DNA of 43,515 bases from Cyanophora paradoxa CCMP329 (lineage: Eukaryota > Plantae > Glaucophyta): positions 1-43,515 of the forward strand of contig QPMI01000300.1 of assembly GCA_004431415.1 (NCBI GenBank), read 5' to 3'. The notes under the pieces were generated by a model. That model did no database searches, had not been told where the DNA came from, and was given only the letters and a program-made list of their open reading frames with translations. A program made the position numbers and the translations under genes. Of the stretch, positions 1 to 11,326 are shown piece after piece. The stretch's first letter is position 1. Each line of letters opens with the position of its first letter.

Positions 1-699
1 AAATTGCATTTTCGAAGCAGGAATCATCAATATTTCGAATATTCACTGTGGCTCTCTTCCTAGCAATCCACTCTGGGGTTTGTAGAAAGCATCCACCAGT
101 TGAGCATAACTCATAATAGCCACTCTGAGTATTTCGATTCTTTCAAGCGATAGCTATCAACCACATTCATCTGCTCCTGACACATTTGGGCTGCTTTATT
201 CAGCTCAGTTCGAATATTTCTCGACCTGGTTAATACAAAATAATCACTGTAAATGTATTTCGATATCCAAACCTGGATTGCTCACTTTTACGAACTTGCA
301 GATAAAAGACAAGCGAACCTTGATTGCCCTGAATTGATCTAAACCCGCTTTAATCGATTAGGAAGGGATGTAGCAATTCTGTCCAGGAATTCAATCACAT
401 CTACAACAACTTCCTTCTGGCTCTGTAAGTGAGCCAGCGATATAATTCATTCATGGCTGTTCCATCTTCTGCTCAGGTTCTATTTGCCTTAGGCGATCCA
501 GTTCATCCAAGGTTTCAATTTTATCATATAGGTTATTTGCTTTTCTGGTCAATCTGGCTAAAGTGGGTCTACCCTTTGCAATTAAATCTATTTCCGGTCA
601 TATTCAGCCTCTGTATTTCATGGGCTGCATAAAGTGTTCCCAGCAATCCCATGAGTTCCCATTTCTTCTCCCTTATGAGTTTGTTGGTAATTCGGGCAT
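1..699 (-). CDS. N-terminal part of a probable Polinton/Maverick-type family-B DNA polymerase (partial, frameshifted)
   Basis: Manual translation of the minus strand at 1-118 gives YYELCSTGGCFLQTPEWIARKRATVNIRNIDDSCFENAI. This resembles the 'GGSYIxLPxWIxxKKAxINIxNxDxxCFxxAI' motif in the N-terminal region of Polinton-type pPolB proteins. Putative ATG at 699; several frameshifts; catalytic motifs would lie outside the window. Confidence 0.6.
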
Positions 700-756
700 T
701 ATTCCTAACTTGTTCCTATTCTAAGGGATATTTTATTTTAGAGCATTTTAAACGCA

Positions 757-935
757 AGTGGACTAAGTGGGTGAGTTGAGGCACTTTTTATTTCTTTTTA
801 GGGCAGAGTCCTCTTCAGAATCTGTGAAAAAATGAGTCAACTCCCCCACTTAGTCAACCTAATCGATAAATAAACCATAAATAAAAGACTGTTTGGGTCT
901 TTTATGATAAATTTGAGTCAACCATGAGTCCACTT
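757..935. repeat. Array of GTKGACTMA-type motifs including an inverted repeat (candidate origin/iteron region, copy A)
   Basis: gtggactaagtgggtgagttga (758-779) is inverted to tcaactcccccacttagtcaac (837-858). gagtcaacc/atgagtccactt follows at 915-935. Intergenic, between the helicase stop and the PolB start. Confidence 0.8.
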
Positions 936-945
936 TTGAGTAAAC

Positions 946-3526
946 CTAAACTTCAACATCAGAGTCATAATCTGATGCATCAGGATCAGCAGCAGGTAGG
1001 TCTGTTTCATCCTTGGATTAGCTTCTTCCTCATAGTCTCATCATCTACAAGCTTCATCTTTCTGAATTCCTCAAATACTTGTGGGAATAGGAATGATAGT
1101 ATTGTTTGCCATTTGTAGTTTTCACTTGGATATATGTAACACTTCTCATTTCAGTATAATATCGGCGACTATTATAATCGTTTTAATTTATTGCTGGTAA
1201 TAAACTCTGGAACCACTTCCAGGTTTCCACAAGGCTACCAGACTTGCATTTATTCTCGGAAATTAAGCCTCGATCCACAAGCCACTTAGTGAACATAAGA
1301 ATGATTGGAGCGCACACCTGTTGGGCTAAATAGTATTTATTTGTAAGGGGTCTATCAGCAATCCAGTTCACATCCTCACAGTCAACTTTGGTTCTCAAAT
1401 AGTGGGCAATGTTTCGAATATTGCAGTGATCATTTAGCCATTTTACAAGTGGAAGGAAGTATGACCTATCCTTTGCGAATTTCTTACTAACTTCAACAAC
1501 CACAAATCGCCTATCTCCAGCTTCAATTTTCACTGGAATGTTGTTATTGCTGGTGAATATAATCCTGGCAAAGTTGCTTTTTGTGTATGAATCTATCCCT
1601 TTGTGTTCAATTACAATCTTATCAGAAGTTATGAGATCTTTGAGCATATCATTATTTTCGAATGTGTCCTTGCCTGAGGCTTCATTCACAACAATCAAGA
1701 TCTTATCCTCTCTATTGTGGGCAAATCGACCAAACAGATCCTCTTTTGGCTTTCCAGTTGCATAACTTAGGGCATCTCCAAGTATCTTCTTTTGGAAAGT
1801 ATCAACCAACACATTTTACCAGTTCCCTGCTCACCAATGAAGATTAAGGATACTCCATTGAGTTCCCCAGGCTTTTGCAGCATGTGGCAAACCATTTCAA
1901 CAGATATTCATAGGTATTTTGATCCTCACCAGACATTAAGAACAAGTGATCTAGGAAAGGCTTAATCATCTCAGCAGTTACATCCTCTGGAGCATTTTCG
2001 AATTGCTGATGGTCGACCTTCATTCCTGGATAGAGATTAAATACAGACTTGCATTTTGCACTGAGAGTAGCAGGAGGGGAAGGAAATCCATGTAAGTTGA
2101 TCTTGTGGCTGTTGGATCCACAATCCATTTCCTAAATGATTGCTCCCATTTCTCTTTCTCATTATCTGTTCCCTCATTGACAATCACCTTATGCATCAAA
2201 TGGGGGAAATGCTTTGTAGAGAGCTTCCCAATATCTTTGGGCATCCAGCAAAGTAGTTGTTCATCCCAGAGCATCACACAACCAACATTTTCAACATGAT
2301 GCATTCGAGCATTGAAATACCTCTTATGCACATTGTAATGTTCAGCCAAAGGAGGGATACTTGCAGTCTTGTAATCGATTTCATCTGTGTCCTCTGGTAG
2401 GAATGCATACTTTTTGGGGAAGAGTTCCTTGAAAGCTCATTGTTATCTTTGCTCAACCAATAAACCAAGGATTTGAAGGTCAACACTTTGCCAGGCTCAG
2501 CCTTCTCTTGCTTCTGCGAAGCTGTGTAAACTTCTCCTGGCATTCATCATAATCATACTTGTCACTCTGTTCTGAGAATTGGTGGAAGAGTTCAGCTTGC
2601 ATTTTAGGGGTGAACTTGTTGTCTTCCCCAACATTGATGATGACCAGTCCAACATCAATCCAAGTCTTATACTCATTAGCTCTCTCACCATTCAGACCCA
2701 TTATAACACTTTGTAGCAGTTCGAAAGTAACAGGATTTTCGGGTTCAGTGTCTTTTTCAGCTTCTACCTTCTCAGTCTTCACTTTATCACTTTTTGGCTC
2801 CTTTTAACTGGTTTTGGCTCAGGGCTATAATTTGCGAATGCAGAAATATTCGATTCATCCACAAGTTTAGTAGAAGCTGAGAAGAAAGATACAAAGAAGT
2901 CCTCATTTCGCATTAACACTTTGTCACAGTCAACGAATTTCTTAAAGCAAACGTTTTTATCAACATCTTTCTTTGATTTATTTTGAGCATCCAGAGTCTC
3001 ACCTTTGCAGCAATTGAGGCAGATAAGGTTCTGTGTGGAGCTGTAAACTCCACTGTCATAATCCTCATTTTTCACCAATCCCATAGCTTTGAAAAGCTTG
3101 GGGATATCTTCATGTTTGCATGCAAGCGATTTAATGATAAAGTGGGCTGAGATCTTGAACTTGGTGACATCCTCCTTGATCAAATAAACCCTTCTATGGC
3201 GAACTGCAACAGCAATATCGTTAATCGAAGTGGTCCCAGATCGCTTCCATAGCTTATCTCTCATCTCTCTTACAACAGTTTCCGCCTCAGCATAGTTTTC
3301 AGCAATGTTCTCCTTCAAATCAGCGAATTTATCCAGGTCCAGGTAAACTCTGGTGACTTGTTCAGGCTGAATGCATTCAGCCCAGGTCTTAACCTTGCTA
3401 TTATCAATGGCTTCAAGGGCATCTTCGCAGAATCAAATACATGGGTGACCTTGTTGCGATCACCAATGAGAGTACTAAGGAATGTAGCATTTCAACAGGT
3501 GTGGCGAATTTCTCGATTTTGTTCAT
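946..3526 (-). CDS. AEP primase - PriCT-2 - superfamily 3 (D5/DUF5906-like) helicase, split by several frameshifts
   Basis: AEP motifs RVYLDLD (~3330-3352), KISAHFII and YDSGVYS. PriCT-2-like segment (EYKTWIDVGLVI...FHQFSEQSDKYD...TFKSLVYWLSKDN). Walker A IFIGEQGTGK (~1816-1845), Walker B IVVNEA, motif C IIFTSNN and DRRF. Joins ORFs 2779-3318, 2480-2782, 2274-2543, 2020-2349, 1844-2128 and 1183-1812. An acidic tail probably ends at TAG 946-948. Confidence 0.88.
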
Positions 3527-3805
3527 ATTCGATTTTGGGGACTTCTACCTTTAACGAAGAAAATAATTTCGGAAGGAGGAATTGTCTTTTATATATATCC
3601 TATTATTTGCCAAGTCCTTAAGTAGTTTTGGGTCGGGATACTGTCTCGATAAATAGATACAGTTTTAAAAAAGAGGGAAGAAAGCTGTCATTTTTTTGCC
3701 TCCGATCAAATCGATTTCTACAAAATTTGTTTCGATCGAGAATTTATTCTTCGATATATTTCCGAGGTCTTCCAACCGGTTTATGCTCTTTGGTGTCTTG
3801 GTTGT

Positions 3806-3994
3806 TCATCTTTCTTCTTGTGGTAATATTCCAGCGCTTTGCCTTTTTCTGTTCGCGATATTCTTCATTTTCCCTGTATTTCCTCTGGTGTCTGAGGGCA
3901 ATCTTTTCAGTTCTTCTGGTGTGTGAACTGTAGCGGCTCCTTGGATAATCGTTCCTCCTTCTTTTATGATAGGCTTCGCGTTTTCTTTGGGCAT
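3806..3994 (-). CDS. Small hypothetical viral protein (boundaries uncertain)
   Basis: 62-aa ORF in the same orientation as its neighbours; no recognisable motif; may be a frameshift fragment. Confidence 0.3.
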   Translation of the reverse strand: MPKENAKPIIKEGGTIIQGAATVHTPEELKRLPSDTRGNTGKMKNIANRKRQSAGILPQEER

Positions 3995-4215
3995 CTTGCT
4001 CCCTTTTCAGTCTCAGCTTCTCTGCTTTTTCATCATCTGTGAGTATCTTGCGGATATCGGCATTTCTCTTTAATAGTAGATACGAAAATAATTTTTCCTC
4101 AATACAACCTATCTACTTTTTCCTTAAGTCATTTTTTGTTGCGAACACCAGTTCCTGTCTGTAAACTTTTATAGCTGCCTCAGTAGCATACTGAGACCGC
4201 TTTTTCTCAATTATC

Positions 4216-4461
4216 TTATAGACCTGGGGGTCCATTGCTACTTTCAGTTGGCAAATAATATTTAATCGGTCTTCCTCTGGGTCTCTGCTCCTCTTTTTGG
4301 GCTTTTCTGCGATAATAGGATGCCAGGGCTTGCTGCTTTTTATACTCTCTATATTCTGGGTCCTCTCTATATCGTTTCTGCATTGCTAGAATGTGTCTAA
4401 TGGAACCCTCAGTAACAGGTTCATCACTGGTAAACTCGATTAAACTAATAGTATCCTCCAT
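4216..4461 (-). CDS. Small basic protein with an AT-hook-like motif (putative DNA-binding)
   Basis: Charged helix YREDPEYREYKKQQALASYYRRK followed by RPRGRP. Confidence 0.6.
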   Translation of the reverse strand: MEDTISLIEFTSDEPVTEGSIRHILAMQKRYREDPEYREYKKQQALASYYRRKAQKEEQRPRGRPIKYYLPTESSNGPPGL

Positions 4462-4726
4462 TTATATTCCCAGAGAAAACGTTTTCTGCTGACAGAGAAC
4501 TTCTCCTTGGATACTCCTGTTGCTCCTGTTGCTCATATGTATACTCTGTGGGGTCTGCTGGCATTGACTCCACAGAAACTGTAGACCTCCTTCTCTCTCT
4601 TGCTTCTGAGGCATTATCCTCATTATCTGACATCTCAAACTCCACTGTTGTCTCACAACATCCACTGTGGCAATTGCTCACCACATGCAGACTGAACATC
4701 TCGAAGAACTTTCGTATTATGTCCAT
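4445..4726 (-). CDS. Small hypothetical viral protein with a Cys cluster
   Basis: 93-aa ORF with SNCHSGCC, tightly packed and co-oriented with neighbours. Confidence 0.55.
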   Translation of the reverse strand: MDIIRKFFEMFSLHVVSNCHSGCCETTVEFEMSDNEDNASEARERRRSTVSVESMPADPTEYTYEQQEQQEYPRRSSLSAENVFSGNINGGYY

Positions 4727-4794
4727 ATCTCTAATAAAACAGAGAAAATTAAAGCCAAACTCGTCTTTTATATACTGTTGGGCAACTCCCTTTT

Positions 4795-5481
4795 CTACTT
4801 CAGCTTTGGTGGCACCAGGTTCAATGGTTCCCTTTTGGGTTTTGTTTTCATTTCATCTACTGCCTGCTCATCGATTTGGTTCTCTTTCTTAGCAATAAAC
4901 TGTTTATCTGGGACACCAGTAATACCCATTTTATAAACTTCCTTTCGAAGCATCTCCTTTAGCTTGGCTCTCTCTTTCTTCTCAGTAACATACTGCTCCA
5001 AGGCACTTGATTTGGCTTCCAGATCTTTGAGTTTAGCAGTCATCTCATCCCATTGAGCCTTGGGAATTCGATGAACATTCTGAGTGGGAGCAGTCTTGTA
5101 TGTGACTTCACCAGCCATAGACTGAATTACCTTGTCTGATTCCTTACTAAGACCTTCACCTTTGCGAGTCAGTGAAAGATCTTGCAAGCCTAAACCTTTA
5201 TCATCAGCAGCACCAATAATTCGCCTGGCACCCTCAGCAACAGACTTCATCTTTGAGGCTTCTGGTGAGATGTTGAGTTGGTCAGCAGTTGAACTTTGTG
5301 GGGCTTTGTCATCGACTGATTCCTCATAGGCAGCATTTAGGGGGTCTTCTTGGGGTTGTGAGGGTTTGATTTCGTTCATACCATTGAATTTCATGGGTTC
5401 AGTGTTAATAGATCCATTGTTTCCACCACCTGAATAGCCAACAGCCCCAGCTGGGATCCCTATCTTTCGTTTGGGAGGCAT
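4795..5481 (-). CDS. Hypothetical viral protein with an N-terminal NLS-like sequence and a coiled coil
   Basis: 228-aa ORF starting MPPKRK, directly downstream of the ATPase; TAAAAG upstream of the ATG. Confidence 0.7.
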   Translation of the reverse strand: MPPKRKIGIPAGAVGYSGGGNNGSINTEPMKFNGMNEIKPSQPQEDPLNAAYEESVDDKAPQSSTADQLNISPEASKMKSVAEGARRIIGAADDKGLGLQDLSLTRKGEGLSKESDKVIQSMAGEVTYKTAPTQNVHRIPKAQWDEMTAKLKDLEAKSSALEQYVTEKKERAKLKEMLRKEVYKMGITGVPDKQFIAKKENQIDEQAVDEMKTKPKREPLNLVPPKLK

Positions 5482-5509
5482 TGTATCTTTATTAGAATGA
5501 GAGATAATT

Positions 5510-6292
5510 TTATAAACCGCGTTTATATCGCATCAATTTATTGCTATGGACTTGGCTCTTCACTTCTTTGGGGGCTTCCTCTTTCTCTGGGGGTTTCAGC
5601 TCATCTTCTTTCTTTTTGGGCTTCCTGTGGAAGCGAGGGAATGGGAAATCTTTCACAAGGTCCGCTTTATCTACAAAGTATTTAACTGAGTAGCCAGCAG
5701 AGGACCAAACGATATACTGATAGGAGTGAACATACTCTTCAAACATCTTGTAGAAATCCTCTTTATTTCGCATTATATTGTATTCTTCCTCTATGGCTTC
5801 AAGTTCTTTGCGATTAGCAGCACTCAGGAAAACAGCATAATCAGAATTAACTCGAATAGTGGAAGACACTTTTCTGAGTTTCTGTGTAATGCAGATAATG
5901 GATATTTTCGAATGGCGACCTCTGGAATACAAGGATCCGATTATTTTATCCCTTGTGAGATCGACTATCTCATTATCAATTAAATCATCTAAAACAACAC
6001 ACATGTGGTTGACAGGTTCACCTTTTTCGATTTTCTCCTGCCTTTCATCCAAAAGCTTTGAAATGTAACCAGCATCCCATTTACCAAGTTCTACTGTTGC
6101 AACCTCTCTCCAGAAACGATTAAAGCTGGTCCCACTCACAACTAGGACAACATCAATAACTTTGGCATCATGTAATTGCTTTAACCAATACTTTACACAT
6201 TCGCTTTTTCCCGTACAACTTTTGCCTATAAAAATGGCTCTGAAAACACCTTTTATCATTTCAGAAACATTAAACTCTTCTAAATCTTGCAT
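5510..6292 (-). CDS. A32-like (FtsK-HerA) DNA packaging ATPase
   Basis: Walker A GKSCTGKS, Walker B CVVLDD, and the A32 signature LYSRGRHSKISIICITQ...IRVNSDY. Confidence 0.95.
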   Translation of the reverse strand: MQDLEEFNVSEMIKGVFRAIFIGKSCTGKSECVKYWLKQLHDAKVIDVVLVVSGTSFNRFWREVATVELGKWDAGYISKLLDERQEKIEKGEPVNHMCVVLDDLIDNEIVDLTRDKIIGSLYSRGRHSKISIICITQKLRKVSSTIRVNSDYAVFLSAANRKELEAIEEEYNIMRNKEDFYKMFEEYVHSYQYIVWSSAGYSVKYFVDKADLVKDFPFPRFHRKPKKKEDELKPPEKEEAPKEVKSQVHSNKLMRYKRGL

Positions 6293-6351
6293 TGTTGTAG
6301 ATCTTCCTAAATAAAGACAGATAAAAATAATGCAGGGAGACTGAATATGGT

Positions 6352-7718
6352 CTATAAATTGATTCTACGAACCCCTGAACCGTCTATAATGAGGAAACTA
6401 TGCATTAAAGCGCGAACTTGAACATTGATTGTCTTATCTGTGGGCATGTAGAGTGTGAGGAATGAAGATGAGGAATTTGTCAGGTCAACAAATCCACTTT
6501 GAGCAATATTTCGAATCGCCTTCTCTCCATCAATGCAGAAACTTAAACCTGAAAGGACATATTTATCTGCAACCTTGTCCATGTTAGAGCATTTGAAGGC
6601 ATCAGCAATTAGCTCAGCACCTTTGAGTAGGGAAATTGGCTCAGTGGCATAAAGTCGCTGTCCATTAATTTCAACAGTGAATGTGATGTCTTTGGAGTTG
6701 GCATAGGTCTTAAGAACACTGTGGGAGCCATTGGATTTGTCAACAGTTTCATAATCACGAACTGAAACAAGCAGAGCATAGACAAGACCTGAGATTTGAG
6801 AGAGGTTAATTCGATTGGGCTGGGCATTGCCCTTGGCAGGGAAAGCAATGGCATCTACAAATCCAATATCAAGGGAGGGAATAGCCATGCCAGTAGTCTT
6901 TACTTTTTCAATTACAGTAGCGAAAAGCTCATCAGAAACATTAATAGCATGCATGTAAAGGCGAGGAGAAGTAATTGAAATAGCAGGGGTTGTTGCACCA
7001 AGACTGAAAGTGGTGATGTTTTGACCAACATGGGCAAGTGTAGCATTAGCAGTATCACCAAGACCATCATCTTCTGTCTTATCAGCAGCTGTCCCACCAA
7101 CAACAGGGAGAGAGCGACCACCATAGGAAGTTTCAACATAACCCTTTCCAGCATCCTTAAACCAAACAGTAACAACCATTTCACCAGATAAAGCACCAAG
7201 GGAAGATAGTGATTTAGCCAAGGCACTGGGATTTCAACGAAAAATGAGCCACCAAGTCGGTTGGTTCCATGAGCAGGGATACCATGAACCATGCCCATTG
7301 AGCGTTTCTTTTTAGCTAGTTGATCCTCCGAATAATAGACCAGGGGGAAATGAGCAAGGAAATCAGAAGGGATGTGGTAGGTGTAAGATCCATAGGTAAT
7401 TTCAAGTCGCTGAACTAAAGCACCAACTGGGCGAGTGTATCCATTGCGAACTAGATCTTCACCAGCAAAAGTGATTTCTGGTAGATCGAAAGCAAGTTCG
7501 AGTTTTCCACAGAAATTGTAGCGAGGTAGCTTGAAGGAAATGCGATTTCCTACATTATTCTCAAAAGTATTGCTGGGATTCACAACAACTAGAACTGGCT
7601 TAGACTTGGATTCGAGACCAAGCATAAGGGAGTTATCCAGGAAAAAGGCTTTCGCCTCCTCTGGGGTTGTTAGGGCTTCTTTCAGCGAAAGTCTTTGAAG
7701 AGTGGAAGTGATATCCAT
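6352..7718 (-). CDS. Major capsid protein (double jelly-roll), one frameshift near 7220
   Basis: N-terminal GNRISFKLPR..FCGKLELAFDLPEI and LVQRLEITYG resemble NCLDV/PLV MCP starts. ORFs 6912-7760 and 6352-7221 join (IPVPW/AKSLSSL) if one G is added to a GG run, giving ~455 aa. Sits between the penton and ATPase genes. Confidence 0.85.
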
Positions 7719-7771
7719 GATTATCTCTTTTATTATACTGCAACATAAAAAATCTACCAATGATCCTTAAT

Positions 7772-8781
7772 TTATGCGAAGCTTGTAATTACTGGATAGG
7801 AAGGGTGAAGCTGTGACATTCGCATCTTAAAGTATTCATAAACTGGGTCTCCTGCTGGCTCATCACCATAGCGAATTTCAAAGGTCAGATGAACAGGTTG
7901 ACCCTCAAAATCAATTGGTTCATTAATAGCATTTACAATATCAACCGAGAAAGTGGATAATCCAACCTTCTTATTATAGTATTTGTAAAGTGGATGAGCC
8001 TCTGTCGAATTGTAAACTACATGCTCACCATAATCTTTGTCAGGGACCACTATTTTATGGAAGTAACCAGTCAGAAGACCATCCCCACATTGCACCAGAT
8101 CACCCAGCTCCTTTACTCTCACAAACAAAACACTGTCCCTGGTCTTCTCAGGCTCAAAAGAAGATATAATGCCATTCACTCGACCACCAGTAAAGATTCC
8201 ATCAGTGAGAGCATCATAGACCTGTGATTGGATTGGGGAGTTACCATATCTTCCAGGATCAAGACCCAGCAGTCTAGCTGAACTCAACAGCTTTTGGATT
8301 GTTTGTTGGCTTGGGTTCACAGCTACTGAGAAAGCCAAGTAAAATGGTACTGCTGAGTGGAATATAATTCGTTTCAGTGATTCATCCCATTTGCAGCGAA
8401 TGGATGGTTGGGGATTTCTGCCTTCGAATTTAGAGTTAATTACATTCACCAGTTGTTGGTGGCTTTGGATGGGGGTGTTTCGACTTATAATGAATTGTTT
8501 CCATTGTTCATAGTCAGCAGCTGGGCGAACTGTTGGAATTCCTGAGCTTCCAGCTCCAGGAGTTTGTTCAGAATAATAAATGCTAAATGCATTGTCAACT
8601 GTCACATCTCCAACTTTGGTTTCACCACTCACCATAGGGATGCTGTTATAAAATTCGGCTGATACCAGTCTCACAGCCCTCACATTCTCATAAGAACTTG
8701 GAGTCTAGCCACAAAGCTTGATGTGGGACCATCACCAGAGATTGTATTAAATGAGCTAACCTCGATGTAATCCACAGGCAT
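7772..8781 (-). CDS. Minor capsid (penton-like, single jelly-roll) protein 1, frameshift near 8700
   Basis: Reconstructed start MPVDYIEVSS...FVARLPSSYENVRAVRLVSAEFYNSIP. C-terminal LSTFSVDIVNAINEPIDFEGQPVHLTFEI is typical of PLV/NCLDV pentons. Adjacent to the MCP. Confidence 0.8.
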
Positions 8782-8810
8782 TCTTCTTTTATCTATATTT
8801 ATATATTAAA

Positions 8811-9741
8811 ATGAATCGACTTGTTAATATTGATAGCAGGGATAGAAGCCAAGGACAAAATGAAAACTCTTACAGGGTCACTCTCACAACTCCAGTAGAG
8901 AGACCAAGGGAATGTAGGGTTCTCTATGCAGAGATTCCAAACAGTATCTATAACAGTGTGGGAACTGATCATCTAACAGTTCAGTTTAATTACCAAGATG
9001 GTTCATACAATGAAATCATCACACAGAAAGTGTATCCCCTTCCCAGTGGCTACATTAACCAGGGTCATTTTGGGGTAACACACCCTTATAATTATGGGCT
9101 GAACTATTCAAGCTTCCAAACCATTGCAGGCAAAACAGTAGCTTTTGAGTTCAAGATATTCTATAACCCAACTACCTATAAAGTGGAGTTTTACAGTAAC
9201 CATGAGTTTCGTTTTATTGCAAGCAACCAGAGAATAGGGAAGCTTTTGGGTGTGAGTTCTACTGAATACACCAATGGTTATTATAGCACTCCTCCTGCTG
9301 GTGGATCTCCCTATCGACCTGAGAACCTTTTAAAGTATGATGGCAAACCTATTACACCTGATCACCCAGCATGGGGAATCACCTTCTCAGGACCCAGACT
9401 CTCCTCAAAGCCCTTGCAATATTATTTGACAGCAGGAAGATGTCTGATATGAATGCTGAGCAGTATCTGTACATGCATATTAAAGAGCTGTCCCCCTTTG
9501 CCAGCAGACACAATATAATCCCGAAATCGCAACCACATAACCAGGGGCAATCCTTAGACTGCAATTGAGTAAAGATATAGGCGGCTATGTTTACCATAGT
9601 GGTGAGCATGCCGAATTCATTCAGATAAATGACAGAAACCTGGTGATAAGGGAACTCACTGTGGAGTTTAAAGATTACTTTGGTGAACTGATTGATATGA
9701 ATGGAATCGACAATTCTTTTCAGTTGGAGTTTATCGAATAA
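8811..9741 (+). CDS. Minor capsid (penton-like) protein 2, two frameshifts (~9400, ~9540)
   Basis: N-terminal LVNIDSRDR...YRVTL...VLYAEIPNSIYN, central EQYLYMHIKEL, and manually read C-terminal IRELTVEFKDYFGELIDMNGIDNSFQLEFIE* (TAA 9739-9741). Confidence 0.82.
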
Positions 9742-11283
9742 AGGCACCTGTAAAGTCCACTCTCATTGTGGGAGCATTCACATACACAAGGGGATAAATG
9801 CGAATATACTTGATTCTGAGAGAAAAACCTATGTAAAAAGCATCCTTGATGCTGAGAGGAAATCCACTCAATAAAGCAACATCACCTGAGTTGTGAGCAT
9901 TGTTAATGTTCTCACAGACATATATTTTGTTCTGCCCATCTGATCGAATAAAAGACCAGTTGATCCATCAGTGGATGTTGCCACATTGAAAGTCTTAATA
10001 AAAGCATTGGTGTCCCCTGAACCATAGGCAATAACAGAGGAGAGTTCGAAAGTATATGGGAAAGCAACTTGAAGGTATTCAGTGGGGTTTCCCATATCTG
10101 CTCAGGAGCATAGGCTCCAGCTTCCCAGCCAAATGCTGAAGGTCTAGCCATGAAAGGCTCTTTACCTGTCACAGAGGATGAGGCAGTGAAGGCATCATCT
10201 GCAAGCTGATACCAATTTGCATCCAAAGGAGGTGATGTAGTGAGAGTGGATGATATGTAAGCCTTTGAAGGGTTCTTTAATTCATAGTTTGCTACTAGAA
10301 TGCTGCAAAGCTTATTAATCATATCATTGTTTGCTGCAATGTATGTTTCAGTGAATGCAAGCATGTCTGGATTTTAGAAGTGTCATCCAGGGAGCTTACT
10401 ATATGATTTGGAAGTGGACTGATAGCCTATAGTATCTCCCATAATCCTGATCATAGTTGTAGGGTAACAACTCCTCCATCTTATCAAGGGCAGAAAGCTC
10501 ACTTGCAGCCATGAGCATGTTAATCAATGGGCTTCCATCTGTTGAGGCAATCCATGAGAGAATGCCCCAGCTGTTGACAGTCTCATAAGCATAACCCACA
10601 TAATCAGACTCTAAATGTGGGTCCACCTCTCCACAAGATATACTTATTACTATAATATCATCATCATCACTGTAAATTTTCTTTGCATGGCTGTAACCAC
10701 ACACACTGGGATTATTGTTTCCCGAAATGGCACCATCAATTAGACAGACATATACTCCCCGATTGAAATCAACAATGCTTACAGGAGAGAAATATGTAGG
10801 AGCAGCAGAAGTAGCCCTAGCAGCAATCTTACAAGGCATAAAGTTGTAATTGTTGTCATTTGTGATAAATATTGGTTTCATATTCTGAGTATCAAAGGAT
10901 GTGATCACAATGTCCTTTAGGGAATCCTGTATTAGTGATTCACCAGTAACTGAATTGATTGCAGTCTCCAAGGGTCCCACATCATACTTTGTATTAAAAA
11001 GGGCATTTTCGATTATATTTCGAGGATTTGCGAAAATCAAGGGCAGTTGAGTTAGGTAAATATTGTGTAAATCGTTTGCTGTCAGTTTAGGTTCACCTGG
11101 TTTATCAGGATGCCTTATATTCAAACCTATTGCAATGATCCCACCAGTGGAAGTTCCACTCACAAGATCCACAAGATCGATTATTCTCCTGCCAGTTCGA
11201 TTTTCGATTTCTTTTAGCAGCCTGGTTATGATAATGCCCCTTGCACCTCCCCCTGATAAAGACAGGCAGATTTTCAAGGGCAT
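9731..11283 (-). CDS. Patatin-like phospholipase with a probable C-terminal discoidin (F5/8 type C) domain, frameshifted
   Basis: Patatin motifs LSGGGARG, GTSTG and DGA. Downstream fragments AFTASSS...ARP...GWEAG, EYLQVAF...IKTFNVATSTDG and KYIRIYPL...MRVDFTG (stop at 9731-9733) follow the F5/8C pattern. Confidence 0.85.
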
Positions 11284-11326
11284 CTTTTACTTATCAGGAA
11301 TTTTATAAATCCATATAGTAAAAGCC

